NCBI GenBank assembly: GCA_964035545.1
Contig: OZ037766.1
Coordinates: 1,736,001 to 1,800,000, forward strand
Source: Bugula neritina
Taxonomy: Eukaryota > Animalia > Bryozoa
Direction: 5' to 3'
Length of the DNA: 64,000 nt
Positions 13,051 through 27,524 of the stretch are shown here, piece by piece. The notes beneath the pieces were generated by a model. It made no database searches. It was not told the DNA's origin and worked only from the letters and a program-made list of their open reading frames with translations. How positions within the stretch are numbered: position 1 is the first letter of the stretch; every line of letters begins with the position of its first letter. The position numbers and the translations under genes were made by a program.

Positions 13051-13053
<3 letters not shown>

Positions 13054-13117
<64 letters not shown>
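13054..13117. repeat. (TA)n microsatellite, right flank of the PLE
   Basis: Direct observation. Confidence 0.95.
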
Positions 13118-13121
<4 letters not shown>

Positions 13122-14014
13122 GTACTAATAATAGATCAACTGATTGTATCAATAGAACAGTAGATTTGTCTTCTCAGATAAAATCAATTAAAAGTTATTT
13201 ATTTTCTTTTTTCAACAGCCTTAAGATGCAAACACAGATATTTTTGAAAATCACTGCCAATCTTGCAGTATCATAAATTCAACCTGATTCTAAAACGAGT
13301 TATTATTGCTTGTGCTTTCTAGATTCTGTTTATTTCTATATTGGACAATACACTACATAGTAATTTAAATAGTTGATAGAAAGTTTGGTTTGGTATATTT
13401 TGTAGTTATACAGCAGTAACTGAATTGGCTCCTGCTTGAACAGAAAATTTTGTCATATTACCAGGTGTCAACTTGTATTTGCTTAAACATATTTTACTTT
13501 GAAGATGATAGTTCTTTTCAAAGGGGCTTGCATGCCTCCAGATATATTATACTTGAAATAGGTTTGCTTTCCTTTAGTGCTTTCTGCAGTAGTATGGTAT
13601 AAAACAGTTACACAAGTCAGTTGCTTTATTTGCAGCTGTAAACGCTTTCTTACTTTATTTAAAAGTAAAAACCACAATTAGAAATATTTACATCTACTAT
13701 CAATAACATCAATACATCTGATATGACTAGATGATCATTTGTTCAAGTGCTGATTGATAAATTCTTAAATAAATAAAGTAGGAGATTAAAGAGTTAGCAA
13801 GTTGATGTTGAACTCATGTGATTTAAAACTCAGTATATAGTCTTATTTCCAATGTTTAATCTTCTCAAGATAAAAAATTCAAGTATTTTAAAATATATTA
13901 GGAATTCTAAAGAAAATATTTGTTTTCACTTTCTTTGTATATATAGTAAATTTTTATAGCTCAAAAACTTTTTAAAAAAATAAATAAAATCTACTTAATA
14001 TGTAGTTGTTTTGC

Positions 14015-17000
14015 TTACAAAACTTTATCTACAAGACTGTAGTCTGAGTGCTCAGTTGGCTGACACATCATGCGCCATCTCGGTGGGTGACGGCCACCCG
14101 CTATTGGACGACTCAACTGTTTATGAGAATGTAGGTGTGGTCTCTCTTCTGACCTCTGACATTTGACCTTAGAGTCGGATGATTTGTCAGATTGCAGTCG
14201 AAGATAACTCCAAGTTTCTTCATGCGCTTTGACTCCCTGCTTCAACTTAGGGCTATTACTGCGTGTTCGGACTAGCTCCACCCTTTTCCCTTGCGACACT
14301 GCAAACATATTATGTGAGAGTTATCTACCCTGAACAGCGCATAACTGTGTTACATTAACTTTATGTTCTAAATAATGTAGAACTCTATCTACTAGAACCC
14401 ACATCTGCATATAATGTAGAACTATAGCTGCATAAAAACTATTCCAACGATAACTTATATAACTAAAGATTACGTGTCTTGGATAGGTATATTGAATTCA
14501 TAAAAAGTAAGAACTAGTGTAGAAAGAGACTAGAATGCATCTTTTTAACTAATTGATTAAATTTTCTTCCAATAAAACTTGTATTCTCACTTTCATCCTT
14601 TCGAATTGACTCACAAATCAAAATCAATTACTTTCTGCTAAGCTGAAGATTTACCCATTAAACAAAGGAAATGACAATAAAAAGATGCTATCACGGCAGG
14701 ATTTATCTTTAGCGCACTCTGATTGGCTAAGAAAAAATATCAATTATATCTCTGTGGTTGTATAATCCTAATGAAGCCTGCAGGTCTAGTCAAAAGTACG
14801 CAATCAAGTTCATTTCTAGAGGGATACTTTTCACCCCTCCTCCTAAACCCACAATTTGAATAAGTATCTAGGTCTATGGAGCTTGCTGTGATATACTTGG
14901 ATAAAATGCTGGTACCAGATGCTATCAATACGAATATTTGACCAATAGAAATCCTGCACTCGGTTAATAATGGCAGGAAAACTGAAATGTGAGCTATAAA
15001 GCCCCAAACCCATGCAAGTGTTGAGGCATAAAGTAATTAATTATCATTTAATGCTATTGATCGATTTCTTTAATGAATTGATTTATGGAATATATTAGAT
15101 TTTCTTTATAACCATAAGAGGAATTGCGGAGATTGAATGTGTACTATTGTATGAAGTGACACGCTTGTGAAATCACAACCATGCGGTGCATCAAGGAAAC
15201 TGATTAGACCACGAGCTACCAACAAATTGCCAAGCCTTCAGATTTCGTAAGAGTTGAGAGAAGATTTTCAACTGCCAATCAGTTCAACAACCCCAGAAAG
15301 AAGGATATGCACTATATAACCTGGAGTGTCTCATTACCAGTTCATTATGTTGTAAAAAGATTTTATATCTTATCAGAATCAGAATCTGAGATATCAGAGA
15401 TACCTGAGTAACCTAACATGAACCTTACGTAACATGGACAGTATATTATAGCATGGGCATCATTATTTTCATGGTATAAAAAAGCTATGCTGCATTTTCC
15501 CATACATAATGGTGTTAAATAAATGTACTTCTTTCATCGAAGTAAATTATAACTTATGTTATGAGATATACAAAAATATTTCTTATAATATAATTATTAG
15601 CTTTGCTTTTTGGTAGACATTTTGAGCAACATTTTTACCAGCAATTGCTGCACTTTCAACACACAGTATTGTGTTGCTATGGCAATATGCAAACAGTATT
15701 GTGTTGCCATAGTAACACAATGCTGTCTGTGAGTTTTCATAGTAACACAATGCTGTCTGTGTTGCCATAGTAACAGACATACAGTATCAAGGAGATATAC
15801 TCACAGCTGTGGTGATTGTCCAGAAGAGCGTCACGCAGGTGCAGCAGCTCAGACGTATGTATATGATTCATAGCCTTGGATTCTTGCAAAGCTGTCAGAT
15901 GTCTATGGTTTCTTATAGTATGGGTTGCTCCTGCCTTTAGTAGAATTTCTACTATTTCATAATAACCTGTAACAATGCAAAAACTCTTTAGATGTGCTGT
16001 TAGCTCTAATTCTAATCTTAGACTGTCAGTTTTTATACCATAACTCAATACTATACACTGACATAACTCACTGCTATACGCTGTCATAACTCACTGCTAT
16101 ACGCTGTCATAACTTACCTCTATATGCTGCCAGATGTAAGGGTGTTTGACCACTTTGATTCTGTGCATCTATTTTCGCACCACTGAAAAATTAAAATTTT
16201 GAAGACTATTAATTAATGACTGACAACTTGATAAAATATATTTGCACTCTTTCAGTAACTAATAACTAGTAAATATTAACTAGCAACTAATACAGGTAGC
16301 TTAACTGAAATCTAATTAAAGAAAAAATTAAATGGTAAAATTTTGAAATTTTGGGAATTTTTTTTAAGTTCAATATTGTCAAGATTATTTATTTAAAGTT
16401 GTCTCTGTCTTGAAGCAGAAATGTAAACAGGGATTAGCCCTAACAATAAAAGTTTAGATAAATACAGTATGAGTCATGGATGATTCTGACTATAGTTGCT
16501 TGTAAGTTGATCTAAATTAGCAAAAACTTTCAAATTTAGCTGCAAACACTTTTTATATTCTTTGAAACTGCTGATAAGTTTTTTCAATAAGTCGCTAATT
16601 AGCCAATGATGAACAGTCTTTGCTCTGATTGGACAATAGATTCAGGACCTCTATTGTGTTATTACGTATCAATATAAATGTTATCTACAGTGAATATAAT
16701 TATATCTAGTCAAGCTACTATAATACTAATCTAATGGGAGAGATACAGAGATAACTAAAGTGTCACACTTCTACTGATTCTTTCACTGGATTCTTTCACA
16801 GGATGGAATTTCCAATACGACAACAGTTAAACAATGAATCAGATAATCAAACTGATTTTTCACAAATGGAAGTACACTGATAAAACTCCAAATAAGTTTG
16901 AAACTAACTCCCTGAACTTATTATCATAATGATGATACAGTCACTAATATACTTCAGTCATCTGCATTAGCAAAGTGCTGTGGAGTCAAATCAAGTTTGT

Positions 17001-20000
17001 ATACTAAAGTACAAAGTCCCACAAGCCCCTTCTACTGACTGTAATCAGAAGAACTTTTTGACTAATTTTTATTTCAATGTTTTATTATAGCCGAATATCT
17101 CGTAACCAGGAAATAGATGTGTAATCAGCAGGTCACATGGTGATTGTGAATCTGAGAAGAGATTAGCATTTTAAAGGCATGCAACTTATTTTAATGATTC
17201 TATTATCACAATGTCTCAATGGCGGATGAAATTGATCACATTTCCTCATTAACACTTTGTAACTAGCACCAGCTTCCTACAGTGCTTAGCAAATCTAAAC
17301 TCTTTTCCAGATTTGGAATGAAAATAACAGAAAAGGCAAAGTATTACTCTTTTTATCAATGGAACCTGTGTAATTATTATTACTGTCTAGTAAAATAACA
17401 TGTGGGTGGGTTTTGACGCGCCCACTCTATTTAATGTGTAAAACTAGATGCATTTGTATTATATATTGGGTTGTTTAAATAAGAAACAAGGACTTTCAAT
17501 CTATGACTAAAACATGACGAATTTGTTTAAATGCCAGTATAGTCCAGTTACTGTTGTATATATAAACTCTCCCTACAATTCTCATCAAAACATTTGATCC
17601 CTTTTACTAATAAGTAAAAACTTTCTATGTGGGTGTCTTGATATGTTCAGAAGGATCTGGGCGGAATGTTCACAACCAAAGACTCATGACCAATCAGTTG
17701 TTGTGTAAAGCATGGGAGGGGGAAGGGGGGTGGGTGACTCAAATATCTTCAACGCTCCTATTATACTGAGTTGACCAAATTACTATAGTTTTAGGAAATG
17801 CTTTGGAATAATTTCAACAAAAATTGAAATTGTACAAAACGGTCTGTTTTACTACACCAATTAGTTTCCAACACCTCAACGCTGCTTCTCATTCTTGCTA
17901 GATTCAATGTATGTCAAATCTCAGTTCTCATATAATACTAGTGACACCCTATGCCAGTTTCAGCTCTCACATAATGCTAGTGACACCCCATGTCAAGTTT
18001 CAGCTCTCACATAATACTAGTGACACCCTTTGTCAAGTTTCAGCTCTCACATAATGCTAGTGACACCCCATGTCAAGTTTCAGCTCTCACATAATACTAG
18101 TGACACCCTATGTCAAGTTTCAGCTCTCACATAATACTAGTGACACCCTATGTCAAGTTTCAGCTCTCACATAATGCTAGTGACACCCTATGTCAAGTTT
18201 CAGCTCTCACATAGTGCTAGTGACACCCTATGTCAAGTTTCAGCTCTCACATAATACTAGTGACACCCCATGTCAAGTTTCCATTATTACACAAAGATAT
18301 ACTACCAGCTAATCCTATGCAAATGGAAGCTGATCAGCTAAAGATGAGTCAATTGAAGATGAGTCAGCTAAAGATGAGTTACATACTATTTGAGAAGGAG
18401 TTTGACTATGGTGACGTACTCCATGTCCGCGGCAGCATGTAAAGGTGTATGGCAGTAGCTGTTAGAAGTGTTGGGGTCAGCGCCTCGGTCTAATAAGGCC
18501 GTAACCATGGTAATCTCTCCATTTACACACATCCAATACAGAGCAGTGCCATTGTACTGATCGTCTGTCTGTTCCAACAGGTCTTGGGCTATCAGATCTG
18601 CAAGTGAAAAACTGTGAGTGTTATGATGATAAGCTGTCATTACTGATTCACAACATACGTCAAACACTGCTAGGCCACATTGCTAAGAAATGTTGACTCT
18701 ATTATGGTGGTTTTAAACACACATTTATGCAAATTGCTTTACAATTTTGCCTATTGTATAAAAACTTTTTGCTTTTATAAAGTTATCTATCATTTGCTTT
18801 TCACAACCAGGATATGATCTAATTATAACAATATTAAGACGTGGATATAATATATCACAATATAAAAACATTCATTCCAACAGCTTATAACAAAAAATAG
18901 CACCTCTGTCAGAAAATAGAATACTAAAATATAAAAACAGTTCTTATTATATCATGCCTATTACATTCCAGAATACTAAATTACTATAGAAAATTGTAGA
19001 CAGATTAAACAAAACATAATGCTTATTATTATATTGTATGTACCAATACATATTATATACTTCATAATACCATATAAAATGTAACAATGTATATTATATA
19101 ATAAGTAACACTATATGCAATATTTACAGTATATATTTTATAATAAGCAATATATATTTTACAATATGTAATAATATACAATATTTACAATGAGACCAGC
19201 TAATGAGTACAATAGAATTATTTTATCGATATGGAATAGAATGTTTTAATATTGTTTATTATGCAGTATTATTAGTATTTATTATATAGTGCATTAATAG
19301 TGTTTATTATATAGTACATTATTAATAGTATTTATTATATAGTGCATTATTAATAGTATTTATTATATAGTACATTGATGATTCTTATTATGCAACTTTT
19401 ACTAACATTTATTGTGTTGTGTATTATTTTTATTATAAAACTCAACGTATGTATTTGATTGAGCAACTGGCATACAACTTATTTTTCATTTTTGGTAATA
19501 GGAAAATAAAATTCAGTCACGTTACATTTTCCTCGTGAAACTCCTGTATGATTGAGCTCACAGGAAGTGATAGAAGGAGGCAAACAGGAAATGGTTCATT
19601 TACTGGACACTTGCTGCGTAGTTGTTGTTGGGCTTAATTCAAGTTGATAGTAGAAATTTGAATATATAATGAGTTTCAAAAGCAAACATTTGGAATCCAA
19701 TACCATTTGGCTGTAAAGTTACCCAAATATTATGCCAACATGAATGGCTCATAGTTCATCACAAGTTAGCCCTAACTCATTCATCATGAACACAAAGTTC
19801 AAGCTGCCAATTGTTCTCCATGTATTGTTGTGTAAATAAACTTGCCAACACCAAAAGTATGGCTGGTTACATATTAATTAATAGTCACATTCTGTTACTC
19901 AATGCAGCATTTTAGGAAATTAGCCTAATTTTATAGTCTCAGGACCCTGTGGTGGAACAACAGGTTCAGGTATATAACTTCATTTGAAAGCAAACACAAA

Positions 20001-20661
20001 TAAGTGCTGATAAATTTCTTTGAACAAACTTCAGTATTCCATTTGTCATTCAGCCAGTGAAAATTGCTACAGTACATGTCAACTATGACTTGAGTGCGCA
20101 TTTTCATTTATTAAATAAAATTAACAGCTTTGATAGTTTTTATAAATAATAGTAGTAATTTATAACCCATAGTGCATAGTAAATTAATTAGCTGCGTTCC
20201 TGTGATTTTCTGCCAAATTGATGTGTTAATGGAAGATATAGCAGTTCTAATTGAAACCAAAACTTTATTAAATAAGATGCTAATGTAATGTCTTATTTGT
20301 AGTAGCGGTACAATGGGCAATAAGCAGTTTCGACCAAGCCATTGACAGCTAAACCCATAAATTAAATCCTAATAGCTTATTCTATATAAATTATAGTTCA
20401 TAGCAAATTTAGGCAAACAAAAATTAAGATTTTGTAACAAGTTTTATTACATGACAGAAATTAGTAACCCTAATAACATAATTATAATTAATGTAAAACT
20501 GAACTTTAAAAATTTGAAAGCTGTATGAAATCACTACAATTTGACTTGTTTAGATTGTGATAGACTTAGTTTATAAACGTACCTGGAGTATATTCAAGTA
20601 AGGATTTTACAAACTCTACATTTCTATTTTTAGAAGCCTCAGCTATATTCATTATCAGCAT
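14015..20661 (-). CDS. Ankyrin-repeat protein, ~266 aa; exons 20661-20583, 18597-18387, 16182-16118, 15966-15805, 14298-14015
   Basis: Phase-consistent GT-AG chain. Ankyrin motifs GTALYWMCVNGEITMVTALLDRGADPN, HTPLHAAADMEYVTIVKLLLKYGAKID, GQTPLHLAAYRGYYEIVEILLKAGA, followed by a basic disordered tail. The last exon is the least certain. Confidence 0.85.
15673..15774. promoter_or_regulatory. Tandem array of four RFX X-box-like palindromes
   Basis: GTTGCTATGGCAAT (15673), GTTGCCATAGTAAC (15703, 15761) and GTTTTCATAGTAAC (15733), at ~30-bp period. Confidence 0.45.
17921..18280. repeat. 40-bp minisatellite, ~9 copies (CAGCTCTCACATAATRCTAGTGACACCCYATGTCAAGTTT)
   Basis: Near-identical head-to-tail copies with no spacers. 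Confidence 0.95.
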
Positions 20662-22621
20662 TTCTCGAGCGTGAGTTAACAAAGTGGCAAAGACGGTTTT
20701 TCTGTTGGAACGCGTTCACTGAAATGATTATACAATGATTGAGCCGTATTTATTATAAACTTGCGAGGCATGAAATCAGTGCAAGACAAATTGACCAATC
20801 ACATCCTTTCATTACGACCATCGCAGTTCCTTTACTGTGAATATTGAAGCGAGAAAGCTCTATCGAGCTGTGATTGGTTGATCATAACATCAATGAATAA
20901 TTGATTCTGTCTAAGAATTTCAATGAAAAAGTCTAGGTATGTGTTATCACAATTGTAAATTTTGCGAGTTTGATTTCTAACCCGATTTATAATCACTAGC
21001 TCCTTGTAAATGATGGCTATGGCTGTCACTATGAGTGTTATTATGACTGTCACTAACTATGAGTATGATTATGACTGTAACTATGACTATGAGTATAATT
21101 GTGACTGTAACAAGCTATGAGTATGATTATGACTGTAAATATGACTATGAGTAGAACTATCATTGCGGTGATACAGCTGCAACTGATCAAAATGGTAGTT
21201 TAAATGAATTTAACCATGAAGGACTGTGCTAGTTCCATTCAGACTAGTAAAATTATATTATAAACTAGTTGACACAATGCAAGTAATTATTCATAAAATA
21301 TGCTTAAAGAATTTCAATACACTTTGAATTGAGTGAGGAAAAAAGGTCTCAAGTTAAGTATATTTGCTATCAACAAGGGTCCTTGTTGCCTACACCCACA
21401 GAATTGTAAAACATTGCTCTATATTGGATATCTATAGCCCCAGTGTATAAGTGGCATAGTGTGTAGAATAGTCAACTTTCAATAGGCTTACAAGAGGCCT
21501 TGTGATTGGATAAATCGCTTTGATAGAGTAATAATTTTTGACCCCTCTAGTCCAATTCTTCATTTTTACCATCACTGCATGGCGACCTAGATTTCGCAAC
21601 TTGTTATTACCCAATTTTTCAAGTATTATTTAGTGCAAGTTAAGTCCATACTTGATGTAACAGATTGGCATATTTACAAAAATCATAATATCTATTTTAA
21701 GTTAAGACTTCTGTGAATTCATCTGTCATGTACATCTTACTAATACTAAACTATACATAAGCTGATGATAAAAGTTAAAACATACTGCATATATGACTCC
21801 ATGGCTTTTAACAATAATTTGATACACAGTAATATGTATTTAATTGTTTTTTATTTAAATTCTATTTACTATAATATTAACAGCACATTATCAATGAGCA
21901 CTCACTTTTGCCAAAATACACTTTGTGCTTCTAGTTAAAAAAGACCTACATATTTTGTTTAAAGCTTCTACCCATGTGTTTATAGGGTTTATAAGTGAGC
22001 CAGTAAACAATTATAATCTGATTCTCTGATTGACATCACCAGTTTTATTATTACAATAATAACAAATATCAGAGTTAATTATATAATAAGTTAATGCATT
22101 CCACAGCAGAAATTAAAATTTATAATATGGTTAATAGAATAGCCTGTATAAATATTTTATTTATTATTTTATTTTTTTAAAATTGCTATATAAGCATTTT
22201 ATTTAGAATTTTTCTACTTTAGTTGGTGAATTCATCCATCAGCAATCTTGTATGGCAGCAGAACTGAGAGACACACGTTTTAACAAATGTTTGAAGAAAC
22301 ATATCCGGCACAGTATTTCATACACTAAAGTATGGCCAACAGATGCCAACTGATCACTTTGTGTTGATCTAAATGCAGCCAATTGCAGAAAATACATAAT
22401 ATTGTGTTTTAAAATCAATTAATCTGTAATCCATTTTTAATAAAGTATAAATGTATCTAATATTGTTTTATTTGTATTTATTTAAAAACATAAAACAATT
22501 GATTTTTCATAACAACTGCACGCAATCTTCTTGTTTCAGGTTTATTGTGTCACCCAAGATTTTGTTTTTCAGTTTTATTTTGTTTTTAGATAAAAGTGTC
22601 AGCTACATAATCTGGAATTGT

Positions 22622-22624
<3 letters not shown>

Positions 22625-22693
<69 letters not shown>
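22625..22693. repeat. (TA)n microsatellite
   Basis: Direct observation. Confidence 0.95.
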
Positions 22694-22696
<3 letters not shown>

Positions 22697-25600
22697 TTAG
22701 CAACAACTAATCTGCAATCTGCGTAACTAAACAATCTCAGACTTGCGTAATACACTTCATTGTTTTTGATAAAATAACATAATCTATAAATAAACACAAT
22801 GAGTAGCGAATGGCATAATTGTAGGAAATAATATAATGAGAAGCATACAAACAATCTCCTATTAAAGCTGATCAATTATCTCAGTCTGAAATTTTTAAGG
22901 AAATAAAACGAAGGATGTATTAACTATTAAAAACTTTTTATGACATTATATATCAACATTTTTTCATAGAAACAACTAAATTTATTTCAGCACTTCATTG
23001 CATTGCTATAAGACTCAAAATAATTTCCTGGTGTTTGCAGCTTATGAACTGATCATACGGATACTTGGTCTACTCTTGTTCGGCTAGCCTGCTCACATAT
23101 CACAGGAGCTCGGCGTGTATCAAATGCCGTGTGCACTAAAGATGTAACTCGAAGCTGCGTGAATTATCAAGTAGTTATTGCCTTGCTCTCTCCTCCTATT
23201 ACATATTATGTAGCCATCTAGAGGTGCCATATAATACCTAAGTAGAATCATACTTACTTACAAATTGATTTGCTTTGAAGTTATGCAATATAGCAAACAA
23301 AGATCAAGTATTTTATTGATCCCCACACAATTTAATAGGCCACACTTTAGTTCCTGCTTTTAAAAATGAATAAATACCAACTCACTGTTTCTCAAGATTT
23401 ACAATCATATTATATGCTGTTTGCATATAGAATCACTGAGGGATTTTTATTTTTGATAAGTTGTGTCAACTTTTACAGATAGTAAATTAATAATATACCT
23501 AGAGTCTTTGTTGATTTATTTACAATGCTGGCAAGTAACATTAAGCCTGATAGGCTACAAGTAATACTAGCCCTGATAGGTTACAATCATCTAGAGTACT
23601 GATTATATAACATGCATGCAATATTTGGTCAACATTGAAAATCTGATAATCACCAACTGCTTTTATTATGATATTAGGAACTAAGACATGATGGTTATTC
23701 ATAGACTAAAACCATGACTAGCAAACCAGTATCAGTTGAAATACAGTGTTTTGGATAATGGCTGTGTTGCACCGAATATATCACAAATAATAGATGATAT
23801 GATATATTTTATTACAATAAACAAATGATTGGAACAAAAACTATTATAGGCTATCGTATTGTATGCCATAAAAATATAAATATTATGATTATGAATATAC
23901 TAATATAAACAGCCAAAATATAAAAGATTAGGCACAATTTGTTTCTATGTTATGGTCTTCTAAACTTTTGAAAGAAAATAAAAGATTTTTAAAATATACT
24001 CGTACAAAATGCATTCGATATTCAATTTTAATTTTCAAGTGAATGCTGCATGTAGTAGCTAAAATTATTCTGACTTTTAAACATATAACAAGTAATGTGC
24101 ATTGAGTCCCAGTCAAGTGAACACACAATCAATTCAAGCAATTTTTCTGTCTATTGGTTATTGAAATTAAAATTGTCTCATTCATGGCAAAGACGCCTGT
24201 GTAAATTGCCTATATACATTACCTGAAAGGCTTTTTCTTACAGCAAGATATATATTATAAGGAAGTGTATGTTCAACTCTCCCTCTCAATAGCATGAATA
24301 TAGCAGACATTTACAGAATGTGTGATTCTAAATTGTACCTTGTAAAAGTTATTTGCTTTGATGGTGAAGTTAATTTCTTTTGAAATAAATACTATATTTA
24401 TATCACAAAATAAAGCCATTAAAATCATGGGTTATAATGAACATTTTCGGCTAGCTTTTTTATAGGCTTTTTGAATTTGTGTTTTCAAAGCATACTAAGC
24501 TTTACACTCGGCATCCTGAAGCACTGAAAAACATTACACTGTGAATATGAGATGGTGCAACGTGAAGAACTTTAGTTGTTATTCTGAACTTGTTACGGAC
24601 TTGTAAATATAATGGAAATCGCACAATTAACTGCATACCAAACACTTCCTTAACTCAGCTGGTACTAAATTCTTGAACATGATTTGTGACATGGTGATCT
24701 GATTCCCACTGACATGCCTTGGCATATCTAGCATTGCATATCTGCATGCTCATTGGCCAAGTCCGTGAAAAGTATAAACAATTAGCATATGTTTTTCTAA
24801 ATGATTTGAATAGTGCCAAGTGTTGTCAGACTGCAATGTTAGAAACTGGGATACTTAGATAATAGATGACTTCAAAGAGCCTCAATTTCTTAAAACTTAG
24901 ATACTATAATTAACTCGGTACTTTAAATATTTATAAATGTGAAAATAATGAAGCGAAGCTCCTTAGATTATAGAAGATAACTTGGCAAGTGAACCTGATT
25001 AACTGCTTTTATTCTGTGAATAATTCTGCTCATATAAATATCCATCAAAGGTTGCCATGTCATGAGTTTCTTGCATCATGGGATAAATTATAACAGAATT
25101 ACCAAAGCACATTAAAACTGAAATGCACTCATTATTAGTAGATTAGAGTTGTTGGCATGGGATTTCTTACTAAATTTCAAGTAGCTATCAGTTTATTTAT
25201 TTTATAAAAATGTTATCAATAATTAGTAAATATACATTATTTTGTTTTTCTTTCAACTTGTTTATATTTATATTACATAGTTGTTGTGTATATTTTTTTC
25301 GTATACAATAGTTTTCTTTTACTCTTTATTTGCTGCAGTTTACCCAATATTTTTATCTATACATATCAGTAATTTGTTGAAGCAAATAAGCAACATAATA
25401 TAATAGATCAGAAAATGATAAATGATTATTTTATTATTATATAAAAACATTTATTTCTTTTTAATTAGCAATTCTCTAAAATAATAATTCATGAATAGAG
25501 TTTATGCATTTCCCTTTAGAAGAGAGTATTGCCTTGCCACATCAATTAATAATCAACTAAGCATTGCATGTCAATGATTCTCTCTCCTGCAAGGTGCTTG

Positions 25601-27217
25601 ATGGTGTCATAGTTCTAGTTAAACTTCACGAGGAAAAGCCAGAGGCTCAAGGAAGTATTAGTTTGCAGAAATAATGGCCTTTTATGTCAACAATTACGAA
25701 CAGATTTTATTGATATGCACACAGTGTAATAATGGGCTTGGGCTCTTGCACAGTTTATTGTGCATCCGCCAATCACTGCACTGTGACAAGGGCAATACCT
25801 AAAAGCAGGAAAATTAATTGTTACGGATGAACGAGTTTGAGACAAAACATAGAGTTAGCATATTACAAGATGATAACTGGTTTTACACGGATTAGATAGT
25901 GACTATTTTGAAATAGCAGCAACAGCCAATAAAAAGTAACGAGGATATTTCCATGTCGTAAAATATAACAACTGTATAAATTATCCTACAATCATCTTAA
26001 CTTACAGTAGCCTTAGGTCAATCAGTTGTATATATACACAAAGCAGTGTTCCACACTCTATTTTAAAGAGATGCGGGTAGGTTTGGCTATTTCAAATTTA
26101 AGACCATAAAGAATGAAGAAAGCAAGCCATAGTTGCCCATATAACACTTTGAGATATTTGTGAAGGGGTAGCTGAGAAGCCCCCATTCTTTTACCCAACA
26201 GAAAATGAATAGTTAACAGAAATCTTCTGCATTTTATAATAACTGCTGCTATAATATGATTGTAATGTATTGGTCAGCTATGTGCTGCTAAGCAATATGT
26301 AGCAATATAAGCTGCAAATATGTTTTATGATATTTTAAAACATTTGCCAGTAAATTTGTTATAAAAACAGGTTCCCAAAGAGCATCTAGTCTGAGGCCTG
26401 AGCCTAATAAGAATGTTGGGCTCAATTGAACATTAGCTTATTATATATTTATTGCCTAACAGACATTAAACTTATGTGTTGTAATTACTGCATTATGGTG
26501 CAGAGTATATTCAACCCATATTAATATAGTTATATTATATAGTTCTCTTATATTAACGATGTAATTTAATTAATTTATAATAATAATTTATTATAATTTT
26601 CTGTCCATAGAATGAACATGATTTCATACATCAACTATTGTAGCTAGAATGAGGCAAAGGAATAACGACTGATTCACAATATAACATAAAAAAAAACATT
26701 TGCAAACAACAAAATATTATAAACTAACTTACAATAAAAACTACAAAGTAGGACATGAAATTAAATAGCGGAATGCATTTATCACAAGTAAAAAAACCAG
26801 TGAAACGATGATAATAGAAAACATTTCTATCATTCAGCAGTATGCACACTTTTTAGAATTTCTAAAAACTATGGTAAAAATTATCACAATAACAATAAAA
26901 GACGACTTTTAAATAAAAAGAGATAAATTAGCCAAAAACTTAGGATCTAATTCACAAGATTTCTCTTGAATTCAATTGTAACTGTGTATGTTTGTATAAG
27001 CATTCAGATAGCTTGGTATCTAGAGTGTAACCTTGTCTAGAATATAGTAAACAGTATGGTATACAAGATTGTGCGTTTAAGTATATTGGAACATATTAAA
27101 TAGCATATGTAGGTCAAAGTAAGTTAGAATGTAAACCGATGTAAGTTATATCATAGGCCAAAGTAAGTTAAAATACGAGTGCATTAAGTAGATTAAGGCA
27201 GCAGCTACAGAAGACTA

Positions 27218-27524
27218 ACTCAGCATTGAGAGTGAAATGCTGGTGACTCAGTATTGAGAGTGAAACACTGGGACTCAGTATTGAGAGTGAAACACTGGTG
27301 ACTCAGTGTTGTTGAGAGTGAAACACAGGTGACTCAGTGTTGAGAGTGAAACACTGGGACTCAGTATTGAGAGTGAAACACTGGAACTCAGTGTTGAGAG
27401 TGAAACACTGGAACTCAGTGTTGAGAGTGAAATACTGGGACTCAGTGTTGAGAGTGAAGTACTGGGACTCAGTGTTGAGAGTGGTGGCGCTGGGACTCAG
27501 TGTTGAGAGTGGTGGCGCTGGTAA
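27218..27524. repeat. ~24-bp minisatellite (ACTCAGTGTTGAGAGTGAAACACTGGG-like) directly after the PTPRN stop codon
   Basis: About 12 tandem copies with a divergence gradient. Confidence 0.9.

Larger units (their letters stand above)
10916..13053 (-). mobile_element. Penelope-like retroelement (Naiad-type), 5'-truncated, with inverted pseudo-LTR, inserted in (TA)n
   Basis: RT + GIY-YIG ORF on the - strand. 10916-11468 is the reverse complement of 12438-12990. (TA)n lies on both flanks and each arm carries a hammerhead motif. Confidence 0.92.

Noticed and set aside
17921-18280. Regular 40-bp repeats (also the 20-34 bp arrays elsewhere) as a CRISPR array
   Set aside because: Head-to-tail copies without unique spacers, in eukaryotic introns, with no cas genes.
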